From Patescibacteria group bacterium (GTDB lineage Bacteria > Patescibacteriota > Patescibacteriia > UM-FILTER-42-10): 64,000 nucleotides of DNA. The stretch lies in contig JBAYKW010000003.1 in NCBI GenBank assembly GCA_041664365.1, forward strand, positions 28,696 to 92,695. Reading direction: 5' to 3'. The notes beneath the pieces are model-generated. The model saw nothing but the letters and a program-made list of their open reading frames with translations. It searched no databases and was not told the origin of the DNA. Shown piece by piece: positions 50,707 through 60,891 of this stretch; within the stretch, counting starts at the first letter, position 1; every line of letters starts with the position of its first letter. Position numbers and translations under genes: made by a program.

Positions 50707-52197
50707 ATGGCGGGAGCAGTAATAAGATCAGGAGAGTGGAGGATTAAGCCGTCCGGTAAATTACCAATTTTTTTGCGTTTTATGATTAACTCTAGCTTTA
50801 GCCATGAAATTGCCAATCAAGTTGGCTTTAAGAATCATATAGTAAATCGAGTTTATTTGAATCATATGATGTACTGGCCGGCAAAAGAATATGATGCTTT
50901 TGAAACAGAAATAATTAATAACTTAAAGCAGGATAATTATTGGCTTGATAACTATTGCAACAGAGAACTTAAAAATTCAGAAGAACTTTATAATTTAGGT
51001 TTAAAATTACAAAAAACTGATTGGTCAAAAAAAAGTAATTTAGAGATGAAAAAAACTTTAGATAGTCTGTTAAATAAATATAAATTGTTATCATGCTCAT
51101 GGTATGCACAGTACCCGATTGATATTTATTATGAAGATAGAATAGAGGAATTTTTGCTAAAATATATAAAAATATCCAACTCTGATTTTAGAAAATTAGT
51201 TTTGATTTTTACTGACCCTAAGGAAATGACTGAAGTAGCTGAAGAAAGGTGGAAATTAATAACAATCGCAAATAAATTTAAAAAGAATAAAGAAGATTTA
51301 AATAACTTATCAAAATCAGCAGACAATGATTTAAATAATCATTTAGATAGATTCGCTTATATCAATCGCGGTTTAGCTACCAGTAAGCCTTATACTAGAC
51401 AAGATATAATTGATAGGATAAAAGAGTCTTTGCATAGCAAAGAAGGTCTTAATAAATTGATCAATAATAGTTCGCCTGAAAAAGTAAAAGAGGATTATAA
51501 CTGGGCATTAAGTCAAATTAAACCAGAAGCTGATTTTAAACGTACAATTGAACAAGCTCGTTTACATTCCTATACTAGAAACAGAAGGGTAGAGGCTTTT
51601 TTTAGAGCCGACTTTGGAGCTAGTTTTATGTATCATGAAATTGCCAGAAGAAACAAATTCAACGAGGATTGGGTAATGGAATTATCTGTAGAGGAAATGT
51701 ATGGTGCTTTAGATGGTAAAATATTACCAGACAAGACCGAAATGCAACGTCGTTTTACCAACTATGCCATGGTTGTTGAAGATGCCAAAACAAAATTAGT
51801 TGTTGATCCTAAGGAAATAAAAAAGTTAGAAGAAAAATATAGTGTTGAGATTGTGGATTCTAATGAATTGCAAGGTAAAATGGCTAGTTTGGGCGGGATA
51901 ATCAGGGGGAGGGCCAAAATATGCTTAGACAAGAAAGATATTGGTAAAATAGAAAGAGGGGACATCTTGGTAGCTCAGTTTACTACGCCTGACTTTGTCC
52001 CAGCGATGGAAAAAGCTGCTGCGATTGTTGCTGATCAAGGCGGGCTATCTTCCCACGCCGCTATTGTTTCAAGAGAGCTGGGAGTGCCGTGCGTCATAGA
52101 TACTAAAAATGGTACTCGAATTATTAAGGACAATGATTTACTGGAGATCAATGCTCAAACAGGCTTAGTTAAAATATTAGAAAGAGCAAAAGAATAA
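50707..52197 (+). CDS. Paralog 2: unknown N-domain plus PEP-utilizing mobile domain
   Basis: C-terminus [49 protein letters not shown]. The N-domain shares the LTAP/TDP...E..L..IA motif with paralogs 1 and 4. Confidence 0.65.
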   Translation: MAGAVIRSGEWRIKPSGKLPIFLRFMINSSFSHEIANQVGFKNHIVNRVYLNHMMYWPAKEYDAFETEIINNLKQDNYWLDNYCNRELKNSEELYNLGLKLQKTDWSKKSNLEMKKTLDSLLNKYKLLSCSWYAQYPIDIYYEDRIEEFLLKYIKISNSDFRKLVLIFTDPKEMTEVAEERWKLITIANKFKKNKEDLNNLSKSADNDLNNHLDRFAYINRGLATSKPYTRQDIIDRIKESLHSKEGLNKLINNSSPEKVKEDYNWALSQIKPEADFKRTIEQARLHSYTRNRRVEAFFRADFGASFMYHEIARRNKFNEDWVMELSVEEMYGALDGKILPDKTEMQRRFTNYAMVVEDAKTKLVVDPKEIKKLEEKYSVEIVDSNELQGKMASLGGIIRGRAKICLDKKDIGKIERGDILVAQFTTPDFVPAMEKAAAIVADQGGLSSHAAIVSRELGVPCVIDTKNGTRIIKDNDLLEINAQTGLVKILERAKE

Positions 52198-52201
52198 GAC
52201 A

Positions 52202-53593
52202 ATGCTAAAAGATAAAGCTAGAATTAATTTGGATATCAAATTCATTGCCGACAAAACGTCGGGGATCTCCTGTGAACCATTTTTGGCTTCTATACCACTC
52301 AAAGTAGTTGAAGCTAACAATTATCGGCATTTAATTAAATTCCCTTTTTATGGTTTAAGTATCAATTGTCGTCAGAAGTATGCCGACGAATATATAGATG
52401 AAGCTAAATATGAAGGAGAGACTAATAAGCTATTAGTTTATGTAAGAAAAAATGGTCCTAAATATATACAAGATATTGCTACTTTAATTACTCAAGAAGC
52501 CAAGGATTTTAAGAAATATTCAGATAAGCTCATAGCCAAAATACCTAAACTTAGTAATCGCCAATTAGTTGACCAGATGACGTCTTATGTTAATCACTAT
52601 GCTTATCATTTTGGCTTAGGGGGGCCAACTTTTGTTTATGAAGCTATTTTATCGGCTCGGATCACTGAATCACTGTTTTTCCGGTACCAAGAGGCGCCGC
52701 AAATTATTAACCAGCTTTTGGCTGGTAAACACCAAAGTTTCATGGTGGATAGTGAAAAACTACTTTTAAAAATCAAGCAAGAAAAAAGTAAAAGACAAAA
52801 AGATGCTTTAATAAAAAAGTATATTAAAGAATTTTACTATATGGGCCCGGCTTATATCTACACAAAACCTTTGAATGCAAGTAGAGTCCTTAAGTTGGCA
52901 GCTACTGCTATGGCATCCAAACATCAATCATTTGAAAAAATAAAAGGTTTTAAACTTTTACCTGAGGAAAAATTAATTATCGATATTTTAAAACCGACGG
53001 AAATAATTCGTGATAAAAGAAAGTATATCAATCATATTGGTTCTTACACTTTATCTAGATTCTTAGATGAAGCAGTCAAAAGGTCTGGTGTGCCAATGAG
53101 TTTAGCTGTTAAGTCTTTCTGGTTTGAATACAGTGATTTAGTTTTTTCACCACAGATAATTAGGAGGAAACTGCAAAAAAGGAGTAAGGTCTCACTTGTG
53201 GCAGTTGATAATAATTTAATGTATCTAGAGGGAGATAGGATAAAAAACAGATTGCCGGTAAATAAAGGACAGCGATCTTTCATTGGTATTTCAGCATGCC
53301 AAGGAAAAACTACTGGTAAGGTACGCGTAATTCTGGGACCGTCAGATTTTAGAAAATTTAAGATAGGAGAGATACTGGTAACTGATATGACCAGGCCGGA
53401 TTTCATGCCAATTATCCGTCATGCTAGAGCCATTATTACAAATGAGGGAGGGCTTACTTCTCACGCGGCTGTTATTTCCAGGGAGCTTAATATTCCCTGC
53501 GTACTGGGCACTAAAGTTGCGACCAGAATATTAAAGGACGGAGATTTCGTGGAAGTAGACGCAAATCGCGGTATAATAAAAAAATTAAAATAG
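52202..53593 (+). CDS. Paralog 3: unknown N-domain plus PEP-utilizing mobile domain
   Basis: C-terminus GEILVTDMTRPDFMPIIRHARAIITNEGGLTSHAAVISRELNIPCVLGT. Confidence 0.65.
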   Translation: MLKDKARINLDIKFIADKTSGISCEPFLASIPLKVVEANNYRHLIKFPFYGLSINCRQKYADEYIDEAKYEGETNKLLVYVRKNGPKYIQDIATLITQEAKDFKKYSDKLIAKIPKLSNRQLVDQMTSYVNHYAYHFGLGGPTFVYEAILSARITESLFFRYQEAPQIINQLLAGKHQSFMVDSEKLLLKIKQEKSKRQKDALIKKYIKEFYYMGPAYIYTKPLNASRVLKLAATAMASKHQSFEKIKGFKLLPEEKLIIDILKPTEIIRDKRKYINHIGSYTLSRFLDEAVKRSGVPMSLAVKSFWFEYSDLVFSPQIIRRKLQKRSKVSLVAVDNNLMYLEGDRIKNRLPVNKGQRSFIGISACQGKTTGKVRVILGPSDFRKFKIGEILVTDMTRPDFMPIIRHARAIITNEGGLTSHAAVISRELNIPCVLGTKVATRILKDGDFVEVDANRGIIKKLK

Positions 53594-53597
53594 TTTT

Positions 53598-55103
53598 ATG
53601 AAATATGTAGAAGGTCTGCTGAAAAAAAATCTTAAAAAATGGAGTGGTAAAAAATGGTACCATCAGCGGTTTGATGGAGCGCCATATTTAATCCATACAA
53701 TAGCAGAAGCGGAAATAACTGTAGATATCAAAAAGAAAAAGGGAACGCATAATGCTGTCCATTATTGCTTTTTTAATGATGGCAAAGCTGACTGGTATAT
53801 TGAAATAGAAGATATGAAGAGGGTCTACTCGGCTGTATTGAAGGCCGGTAAAAAAAATTATCAACTGGGTCGTACTATGATTTCTGCTTGGCAGCCACAG
53901 CAAGATAGTTTTTACAAAAAGTGTTTGGAAATTGATAAAGTCAACTTAAAAATTCTAAAAAATCAAGAGTTAATAAAGTTACATGATGAGTTTCTGGAAA
54001 TAATCTTACATAAAAACAGTTGTAGTTCTATTATCGATGGATTCGCTTTAGGAACGGATGAAATTGTAGCCGAAATGATACAAAAAATATACGATGTCAA
54101 TCCAATAAATAAAAAATTAAGATTTGCGGAAGTATTTTCTATTCTGACTGCTCCAGTTCATTTGTCTTTTATTAATGAAGCGGAAATAGAGCTCTTGCAA
54201 ATTGCAAAGGCTGTTAAGAGGGGAGAAAATAAAAACAAATTATTGAAGGAGTATCAGAAAAAATATTTCTGGATTAGAAACAATTATATTGATGCCAACA
54301 TACTGACATTCAATCATTTCGCGAATGAATTGAAAAAGATTCTTTCACAAAAGACCAATATTGATAAAAAGATAAATAATATTAAAAATACACCGACCAG
54401 AAGTAGGCTGTTAAAAGATAAATTAATTGTAGAATTGAAAATAAGCAAGGAATTAAAATTTTTATTAAAAACATCAGAGGATTTTACATATTGGCAAGAC
54501 GAAAGAAAGCGGGGAACATTCTGGATTGCGCATTATACCTATTTGATATTAAAAGAGATTTGTCGTCGTACGGGTATTACTCCGGAAGAAATAAAATATT
54601 TATCACCACGCGAAGTAAGTGAAATATTTAAAAATAAGGTAAATAGAAAATTATTACAACAAAGAATCAAAGCTTGTGTTTTTTATTGGGATTTAAATGG
54701 ACACGAAGCAGTGGTCGGTAAGGATTATAAAAATGTGATGCATGAAATATTAGGAAATAAAAAGTTATCAGATGTTGATGATTTTCGAGGGCTGACTGCC
54801 TGCATGGGAAAGGCACGCGGTCAGGTTAGAATAGTCCATAGTGCTAGGGAAGTTAATAAAGTTGAGCAAGGTGATATATTAGTTGCTGTTATGACTAGGC
54901 CGGATTATGTACCGGCAATGAAGAAAGCGGCGGCTATTATAACTGATGAGGGAGGCTTAACTTGCCACGCAGCTATAATATCGCGGGAGTTAAATATCCC
55001 TTGTATTATCGGGACTAAGATTGCCACCAAAGTTCTCAAAGATGGTATGGAAGTAGAGGTCAATGCAAATCATAGTTGGGTAAAAATTATCAAAAAAATA
55101 TGA
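53598..55103 (+). CDS. Paralog 4: unknown N-domain plus PEP-utilizing mobile domain
   Basis: C-terminus GDILVAVMTRPDYVPAMKKAAAIITDEGGLTCHAAIISRELNIPCIIGT. Confidence 0.65.
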   Translation: MKYVEGLLKKNLKKWSGKKWYHQRFDGAPYLIHTIAEAEITVDIKKKKGTHNAVHYCFFNDGKADWYIEIEDMKRVYSAVLKAGKKNYQLGRTMISAWQPQQDSFYKKCLEIDKVNLKILKNQELIKLHDEFLEIILHKNSCSSIIDGFALGTDEIVAEMIQKIYDVNPINKKLRFAEVFSILTAPVHLSFINEAEIELLQIAKAVKRGENKNKLLKEYQKKYFWIRNNYIDANILTFNHFANELKKILSQKTNIDKKINNIKNTPTRSRLLKDKLIVELKISKELKFLLKTSEDFTYWQDERKRGTFWIAHYTYLILKEICRRTGITPEEIKYLSPREVSEIFKNKVNRKLLQQRIKACVFYWDLNGHEAVVGKDYKNVMHEILGNKKLSDVDDFRGLTACMGKARGQVRIVHSAREVNKVEQGDILVAVMTRPDYVPAMKKAAAIITDEGGLTCHAAIISRELNIPCIIGTKIATKVLKDGMEVEVNANHSWVKIIKKI

Positions 55104-55117
55104 TTTAGGAAATTGAA

Positions 55118-56509
55118 ATGAATAGTAAAGCAAACAAATATAATTGGAAAAAATTGTGGGCAAGAAATTATACCCCATTTATGATGGAGTCATTTATTCA
55201 TGTTTTTCAAAAAACAGCCAATTTAAATATGTCTAATAATAAACTAGTTGTCCCGGATGGTAAGCTCTATGCGATTTATTTTGAAGAAAAGGAATTTGGA
55301 CAACTGACTGAAAATTATAAACGTTTGCTTCTGAAGAAAGACATAAAAGACTTTGCAGTTGCTTATGAACAGTCGTTTAAAAATTTTAATAATTGGTCTA
55401 AGAAAATTACTGATAGAGATTTTAGCAAACTTACTAATCAGCAGTTAGCTCGTTTTATCAAAGTCCTTCATAAAAAACTCATCATATTTTCCGAGCAGCA
55501 ATTTTGCGCTTTTCTGGTTTTAGAAGGTATGGGTCGAGAAATTGAGCGTATTTTTGCTGAGCAGCCTGAAATTTTGCATGCCATAGGTACTCCCTACCGC
55601 TTTACCAAAATAGTAAAAGCAAGGGTTGAATTACTGAAATTAAAAACGAGAGGAAAAGTAACAAACAAAGATTTACAAAATTATATTCGTCGAAATTCCT
55701 GGCTTTCAGTTTACCAATTTACTGACAATTTACTGACAGTCGATAATGTTAAAGAAGAATTATCTGGGATAAAACATTCTCAGACCGAATTAAAACGTCT
55801 AATCACTAACCAAAAAAAAGATTTAAAGCAATACAAAGTATTTGTAAAAAATCTTAAGGACAAAAAACTAAAAAAGATGGTGGCGATAGTTCATGCTTTT
55901 GCCTATCTAAAAGAAATGCGTGACGATTATAGACGTCATGCTTATTACTATTATGCTGGATTTTGGCAAGAAATTAGCAAGAGGTTGAGTATTTTGTTCA
56001 CAGAAACAAATTATTTGGTATCTGAAGAGCTACAAGAAGTATTAATGGGATCAAAAAAAATAAACTATAAGAAATTGGTAAAAGAAAGAAAAAATAGTTA
56101 CGCACTCGTTCTTAAAGAAGGCAAGCTAAGTATTTATAGTGGTAAAAAAGCAAATACAATAACTGCGTTGATTAAACCAATAGCACACAGTAAGGAATTA
56201 TCGGGTTATACTGCCTGCCAAGGGAAAGCTAAGGGCAGGGTAAATATAATTTCACATCATGGTGAACTGAAAAAATTTAAAAAAGGAGATATTTTAGTAA
56301 CTAGCATGACTCATCCTGAGTTTATAAGTATAATGAAAAAAGCATCGGCAATTGTTACTGATGAAGGGGGAATTACTTGCCATGCTGCTATTGTGTCTAG
56401 AGAATTAGGGATTCCTTGTATAATTGGCACGAAAATTGCCACCAAAGTATTTAAAGACGGGGATATGGTGGAAGTGGATGCAACGAAAGGAATAGTAAAA
56501 AAGCTGTAA
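55118..56509 (+). CDS. Paralog 5: unknown N-domain plus PEP-utilizing mobile domain
   Basis: C-terminus [49 protein letters not shown]. Confidence 0.65.
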   Translation: MNSKANKYNWKKLWARNYTPFMMESFIHVFQKTANLNMSNNKLVVPDGKLYAIYFEEKEFGQLTENYKRLLLKKDIKDFAVAYEQSFKNFNNWSKKITDRDFSKLTNQQLARFIKVLHKKLIIFSEQQFCAFLVLEGMGREIERIFAEQPEILHAIGTPYRFTKIVKARVELLKLKTRGKVTNKDLQNYIRRNSWLSVYQFTDNLLTVDNVKEELSGIKHSQTELKRLITNQKKDLKQYKVFVKNLKDKKLKKMVAIVHAFAYLKEMRDDYRRHAYYYYAGFWQEISKRLSILFTETNYLVSEELQEVLMGSKKINYKKLVKERKNSYALVLKEGKLSIYSGKKANTITALIKPIAHSKELSGYTACQGKAKGRVNIISHHGELKKFKKGDILVTSMTHPEFISIMKKASAIVTDEGGITCHAAIVSRELGIPCIIGTKIATKVFKDGDMVEVDATKGIVKKL

Positions 56510-56545
56510 TAATAGAAAATATAATTAATTAATTTAAGAATTATT

Positions 56546-57481
56546 ATGCCAGAACCCGGATTTAAACCAAAACAGCCCGGTCTTCAACCAGAACAACAAG
56601 AGCGAAAAGAGTGGGGTCGCAACGTAGCGCTTACATTAAAAATAATGCGTCATGGGGATCGTGACAAACAAAAAAACTTAAGTGAATATGGCCGAAAGGA
56701 AACCCGTCAGCGTGCAAAGGATTTAGGCATTAAACCGGATGATTTTGATGCAATCAAAGCAATCGGTTCAAGTGCCGGTCCGGAAAGAGAAATAGAAGTA
56801 AATGGCAAAAAAGTTTCTATGGGCAGGGCTTTAGAAACTGCCCATATCTATGCGGACGAGCTGGATAGTGAAAATGAATTTGTGACTCGTGTAAATGATT
56901 TGTTGAATTTTGAAACGATCAAAACGCCGGCTCCTCATGACCATACTGCGGTTTATAATTCTAATCTGCCGGAAAATTATGATGATTTAGATGAAGTAGC
57001 GAAGGCGAAGGCGGCGGAAGATGCGCAGATCGCTACAGTTAATTACGTATTCAGCTTGCATAATCCGGAAGCGGAAGCATGGAAAAGGGAACAGGCAGGT
57101 GCTTTTGCTTATTTGGTGGAGCATTATCAAAAACTAGTAAAAAAATTAAAAAATAATTCAAGAGTATTAATACCCGCCGGCAGTCATGGCCCAACTATTG
57201 AAATTTTACTTCAACAGGCTTTAGTCATTAAGAAAGAAGACGGCACAGAACAGGTTGGCTTTGACAATATTGATGATATTGGCGGGCCTTCGCAGCCTTC
57301 TGATTCTTATAATATTGAAATTGTTACTGATGAAAATGGTGAATTCCAGGATTTAGTGGTGACCTTTGATGATCCAGACAGACCGCAATTTGAAATGCGG
57401 TTGGACGGGGATAGAATAAGAGAGCTTGCCGAATTTTATGAAGAACTTCATCCTGTGGAAAGATATAACCCAGGGGGATAA
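56546..57481 (+). CDS. Histidine-phosphatase-superfamily (PGAM-like) protein, paralog 2
   Basis: LKIMRHGDRD with LSEYGRKETRQRAKDLG, and the distal motif GSHGPTIE. The N-terminus is paralogous with 49768-50676 (MP..FKP.QQ). Confidence 0.5.
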   Translation: MPEPGFKPKQPGLQPEQQERKEWGRNVALTLKIMRHGDRDKQKNLSEYGRKETRQRAKDLGIKPDDFDAIKAIGSSAGPEREIEVNGKKVSMGRALETAHIYADELDSENEFVTRVNDLLNFETIKTPAPHDHTAVYNSNLPENYDDLDEVAKAKAAEDAQIATVNYVFSLHNPEAEAWKREQAGAFAYLVEHYQKLVKKLKNNSRVLIPAGSHGPTIEILLQQALVIKKEDGTEQVGFDNIDDIGGPSQPSDSYNIEIVTDENGEFQDLVVTFDDPDRPQFEMRLDGDRIRELAEFYEELHPVERYNPGG

Positions 57482-57516
57482 ATTCAGAATGACAGAGAGT
57501 ATTTAAAAACAAAAAA

Positions 57517-57542
57517 CTCGGCCAGATCAGCCGGGTTTTTTT
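57517..57542. terminator. Weak bidirectional terminator between convergent genes
   Basis: Short GC hairpin cggc-cagatca-gccg, flanked by an A-run and a T-run. Confidence 0.35.
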
Positions 57543-57555
57543 AATTTGGTTTATT

Positions 57556-57927
57556 CTATTGCTTTGGTGCAGAGTTAAGAATATTGGAAATCAACTTTTT
57601 AATATCATCTATATGGATATTGTCCTTTTGCAGGAAATATTTGACACCTAAAGCTTTAACTTTTTCTTCGTTACCGTCTTGGCCTAGAGATGAAAGGACA
57701 ATAACAGGTATCGTTGATTCTTTATTTTGTTTTAAGAAATCAAAACCCCCCATCACTGGCATCATAATATCCAGCATAATTACGTCCGGCTGGAATTCTT
57801 TTACCAGATCCAAACCTGCTTGCCCATTATCCGCTGTCCTGACATCGTACCCTTCAGGAACAAGGGATGATTTAATAACTTGTTGAATAGCGCTATCATC
57901 ATCAATTACTAAGATTTTTTTTGTCAT
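57556..57927 (-). CDS. Standalone CheY-like response-regulator receiver domain
   Basis: KILVIDDDSAIQQVI...DVIMLDIMMPVMGGFDFLK...PVIVLSS. Confidence 0.85.
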   Translation of the reverse strand: MTKKILVIDDDSAIQQVIKSSLVPEGYDVRTADNGQAGLDLVKEFQPDVIMLDIMMPVMGGFDFLKQNKESTIPVIVLSSLGQDGNEEKVKALGVKYFLQKDNIHIDDIKKLISNILNSAPKQ

Positions 57928-57933
57928 AATAAT

Positions 57934-59682
57934 TTATTCTAAAGGTAAGATAAAGAAAAATGTACTACCCTTATCTTCAGTTGATTCAACGCTAACCAGT
58001 CCGCCGTGCGCTTCAATGATTCCTTTCGCAATAACCAGACCTAAACCGGTTCCTTTTGCCTGGGTCTTTTTTTGCCCTTCCGCCTGCTCAAATTTATTAA
58101 ACAACTTTTTAATCTGGTCTTTTCGAATACCAGAGCCATTGTCTGTTACTGCACAAATTATGACATCTTTTTCTCGTTTTTGCAAAACCTCAGATGAATT
58201 TGAAATAAACCATTTGATTCCCGCCTGCTTCGCTTTGCTTTCTATGTCCTCATCTTTTTTCAGAAGCAATGTTTGAACTTTCACGACTCCTTTTTCTTCC
58301 GTGAATTTAATGGCATTGGAAAGTAAATTGTTTAGAACTTGAATTATCTCTTTTTCATCAAATGGAACCTGTTCAATATCCGGTCCCCAGTAAGAATTTA
58401 AAACAATATTTTTTTCACTTGCTAAACTTTGGAAAAAATTGATTCTTTCTTCAATAACTCTTTTTAAATCTCCCTTTGACTTAGTGACAATAAATTTACC
58501 CGCTTCCAGCTTGGCAACATCCAACAAATCGTTAACCAGTTCTAAAATGTTAGTTGTACTGCCGTGGATCATTTTAGCGGATTGTAAAAACTGGTCTTTC
58601 GGCATTTTTTTATCCTGCAGCATTTCGGAAATCAACCGAATGCCGTTTAAAGGAGACCGTAAATCGTGCACCATCATGTTGGTAAAGTCTTCTTTGACTT
58701 TTTCCAGTTCCTTATCATGGGTTATGTCGTGCAGAATAATTACGGCGCCGAGTGTCTCACTGTTTTTATCTTTAACCGGTGAAAACAAAATCCGGATATA
58801 TCGGTGTTGGATGTATGTTTCTTCGATTACTTCCTGCCGATTCAATTTAATACATTCTTCCAGTTTTGTCCTGAAGTCTACTTTTCCTTCAAAAGCTTCG
58901 ATTATGTCAAATATGGATGTTTCTTTATTCTCGATACCTAGAAGATCCTTAACCTTGGGATTTGTGACATAAACCCTGTTGTCTTTATCAATCATTAGGA
59001 CTCCGTCAGCCATACTGACTACCATGGCGTTAAGCTTGCTTTGCTCCGAGTCTAATACATCCTGCAGACGTGTTACGGCATTGGATGCTTGCGCGGTTAT
59101 CTTATACAGAATAGTCATTTCATCTTCCTTATATAGTCCGGTTTTGGTGCTTGATACATTTAATATTCCCACTACTTTGTTGCCAACAGTTAATGGGATA
59201 TTAAAAAATGAGCTCAATGGCTCATTATTATCATCATCCAAGATGGTACCGGCAATTACTTCTTCGATTGTTCTATTCTGATAATTCTGATCTGTCAGGA
59301 CTGATAGTGCTGCTACCATTTTTCCCTTTACATCTTCCACGAATTTAGGACTGACGCTCTCTTCAACTTCACACTTGAAAAGCAATTCCTTCTTTTGAGT
59401 ATCTTCCAAAATGTAAGAGGTAGTGGAATAATCAATCAGTTCTTTTAACGATCCGGTGATAATATCGGCGATTCTCTGGGTGTTTAAAGAATACCCTGCC
59501 CTTTCCCCGATTTCTTTAAGTATGGAAAGTTCATACATGCGCCGGTTATTTTCTGATTCTCTTTTTTCACTTTCAGCTTTTAATGTGCCTCTTAATTTTC
59601 TGATATAAACGCAAAAACTGACTATAACCGCAATGATTACAATCGAAAAAACAAATATCACTGATACATTCGCTTGATCCAT
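57934..59682 (-). CDS. Membrane-anchored sensor histidine kinase: TM, GAF/PAS-like region, HisKA, HATPase_c
   Basis: H-box MMVHDLRSPLNGI; N, G1 and G2 boxes (LLSNAIKFT, VTDNGSGI, GTGLGLVIAKG). Confidence 0.85.
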   Translation of the reverse strand: MDQANVSVIFVFSIVIIAVIVSFCVYIRKLRGTLKAESEKRESENNRRMYELSILKEIGERAGYSLNTQRIADIITGSLKELIDYSTTSYILEDTQKKELLFKCEVEESVSPKFVEDVKGKMVAALSVLTDQNYQNRTIEEVIAGTILDDDNNEPLSSFFNIPLTVGNKVVGILNVSSTKTGLYKEDEMTILYKITAQASNAVTRLQDVLDSEQSKLNAMVVSMADGVLMIDKDNRVYVTNPKVKDLLGIENKETSIFDIIEAFEGKVDFRTKLEECIKLNRQEVIEETYIQHRYIRILFSPVKDKNSETLGAVIILHDITHDKELEKVKEDFTNMMVHDLRSPLNGIRLISEMLQDKKMPKDQFLQSAKMIHGSTTNILELVNDLLDVAKLEAGKFIVTKSKGDLKRVIEERINFFQSLASEKNIVLNSYWGPDIEQVPFDEKEIIQVLNNLLSNAIKFTEEKGVVKVQTLLLKKDEDIESKAKQAGIKWFISNSSEVLQKREKDVIICAVTDNGSGIRKDQIKKLFNKFEQAEGQKKTQAKGTGLGLVIAKGIIEAHGGLVSVESTEDKGSTFFFILPLE

Positions 59683-59697
59683 GAGTCCAGCTGTAAT

Positions 59698-59973
59698 TTA
59701 TTGTTTATTTTCGATTACAACAGAAGGATATTTTGCCAGTAATGGTTCCATTGTCTTTTTAACAATTAATCCGGACAGCGCGACATATTCATCAATTAAT
59801 CTTTGTAATGCCACCTGTGGATCGCCGTTGATTTCAGTTACTTCACCGTCAGCGCTGATTGCCAATTCTGTAACATTTTTTGCTTTCATGATCGCAATAT
59901 CCGGACCTAAGATGACAATTTGCTTTTTTATCATCTCGCTCATTATATTTTTATATTCTTCTCCGTTTGCCAT
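59698..59973 (-). CDS. Small hypothetical protein of 91 aa, upstream of the histidine kinase in the same operon-like run
   Basis: ORF only; 15-nt gap to the kinase start. Confidence 0.4.
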   Translation of the reverse strand: MANGEEYKNIMSEMIKKQIVILGPDIAIMKAKNVTELAISADGEVTEINGDPQVALQRLIDEYVALSGLIVKKTMEPLLAKYPSVVIENKQ

Positions 59974-59997
59974 TTTTTTAATGTTAATGATTTTTTA

Positions 59998-60324
59998 TTA
60001 TCCTTGGGTAATTTTTTTGGCTTCTTCACCGGCAGATTTTAGCGCCTTCAATGTCCAAACAAATGTTACAAACCAGCCAGCAAAAACTGGCAGTACCCAA
60101 TAAACTCCTTTGGCATTTTCAAACATATATGCGGTACTGACTATCCCCAGGGAATACATCTCTACCAACATAGTATAAACCAAAACTTTTGTTATTTTAC
60201 CGACCAGCGATCCTTTAACTAACTGGTAAACGCTTCTGCCTTTGACAAAAATATAGATTGAGCCACCAATCAATATTGGCCAACCAATGAATAATATTAC
60301 ATTTCTCATAAGTTCTAGTGACAT
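59998..60324 (-). CDS. Small 3-TM membrane protein, tandem paralog A
   Basis: About 60% identical to the adjacent ORF (..VGKITK.LVY.MLVEMYSLGIVST.Y...). Confidence 0.5.
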   Translation of the reverse strand: MSLELMRNVILFIGWPILIGGSIYIFVKGRSVYQLVKGSLVGKITKVLVYTMLVEMYSLGIVSTAYMFENAKGVYWVLPVFAGWFVTFVWTLKALKSAGEEAKKITQG

Positions 60325-60335
60325 AAATTTATTAG

Positions 60336-60662
60336 TTAATTATTTGTTATTTTTTTAGTCTCCTCGCTAGATATTTTTATTGTCTTAATACTCCACATAA
60401 AAACCGCTCCCCAAATAATAAACACCGGCAGAACAACATAAACACCTTGAGCGTTATCAACGAGGTACACAGTACTGACAATTCCCAGAGAATACATCTC
60501 AACGAGCATCGAATAAACCAGTGCCTTGGTGATTTTACCTACCAGAGAGTCTTTGATTACGGAATATACTTGCTTGCCCACCTTAAAGATGTAAATACTG
60601 AAAAAAAACAATACTGGCCATCCAACCGCCAGTATAATGTTTCGAACAGTATCTAAATTCAT
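60336..60662 (-). CDS. Small 3-TM membrane protein, tandem paralog B
   Basis: Paralog of 59998-60324. Confidence 0.5.
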   Translation of the reverse strand: MNLDTVRNIILAVGWPVLFFFSIYIFKVGKQVYSVIKDSLVGKITKALVYSMLVEMYSLGIVSTVYLVDNAQGVYVVLPVFIIWGAVFMWSIKTIKISSEETKKITNN

Positions 60663-60891
60663 TGAATATTACGTTATTTGTGTGAATACCATCTTATTGT
60701 ACCATAAGTTAGCAAAAAAATCAAGTGGAATCAACTATTTATTATATGTACTGATTGTATGGTTATTGAGTATTTGGCAATCTAATTTATCCGCAACACT
60801 TCGAGAAATTATTCAAGCTAGAATATGAGTTACTATTCACACGGTATGTTGTTAATTATTATCACTTATGCTATAATATAAAAGATTTTTC

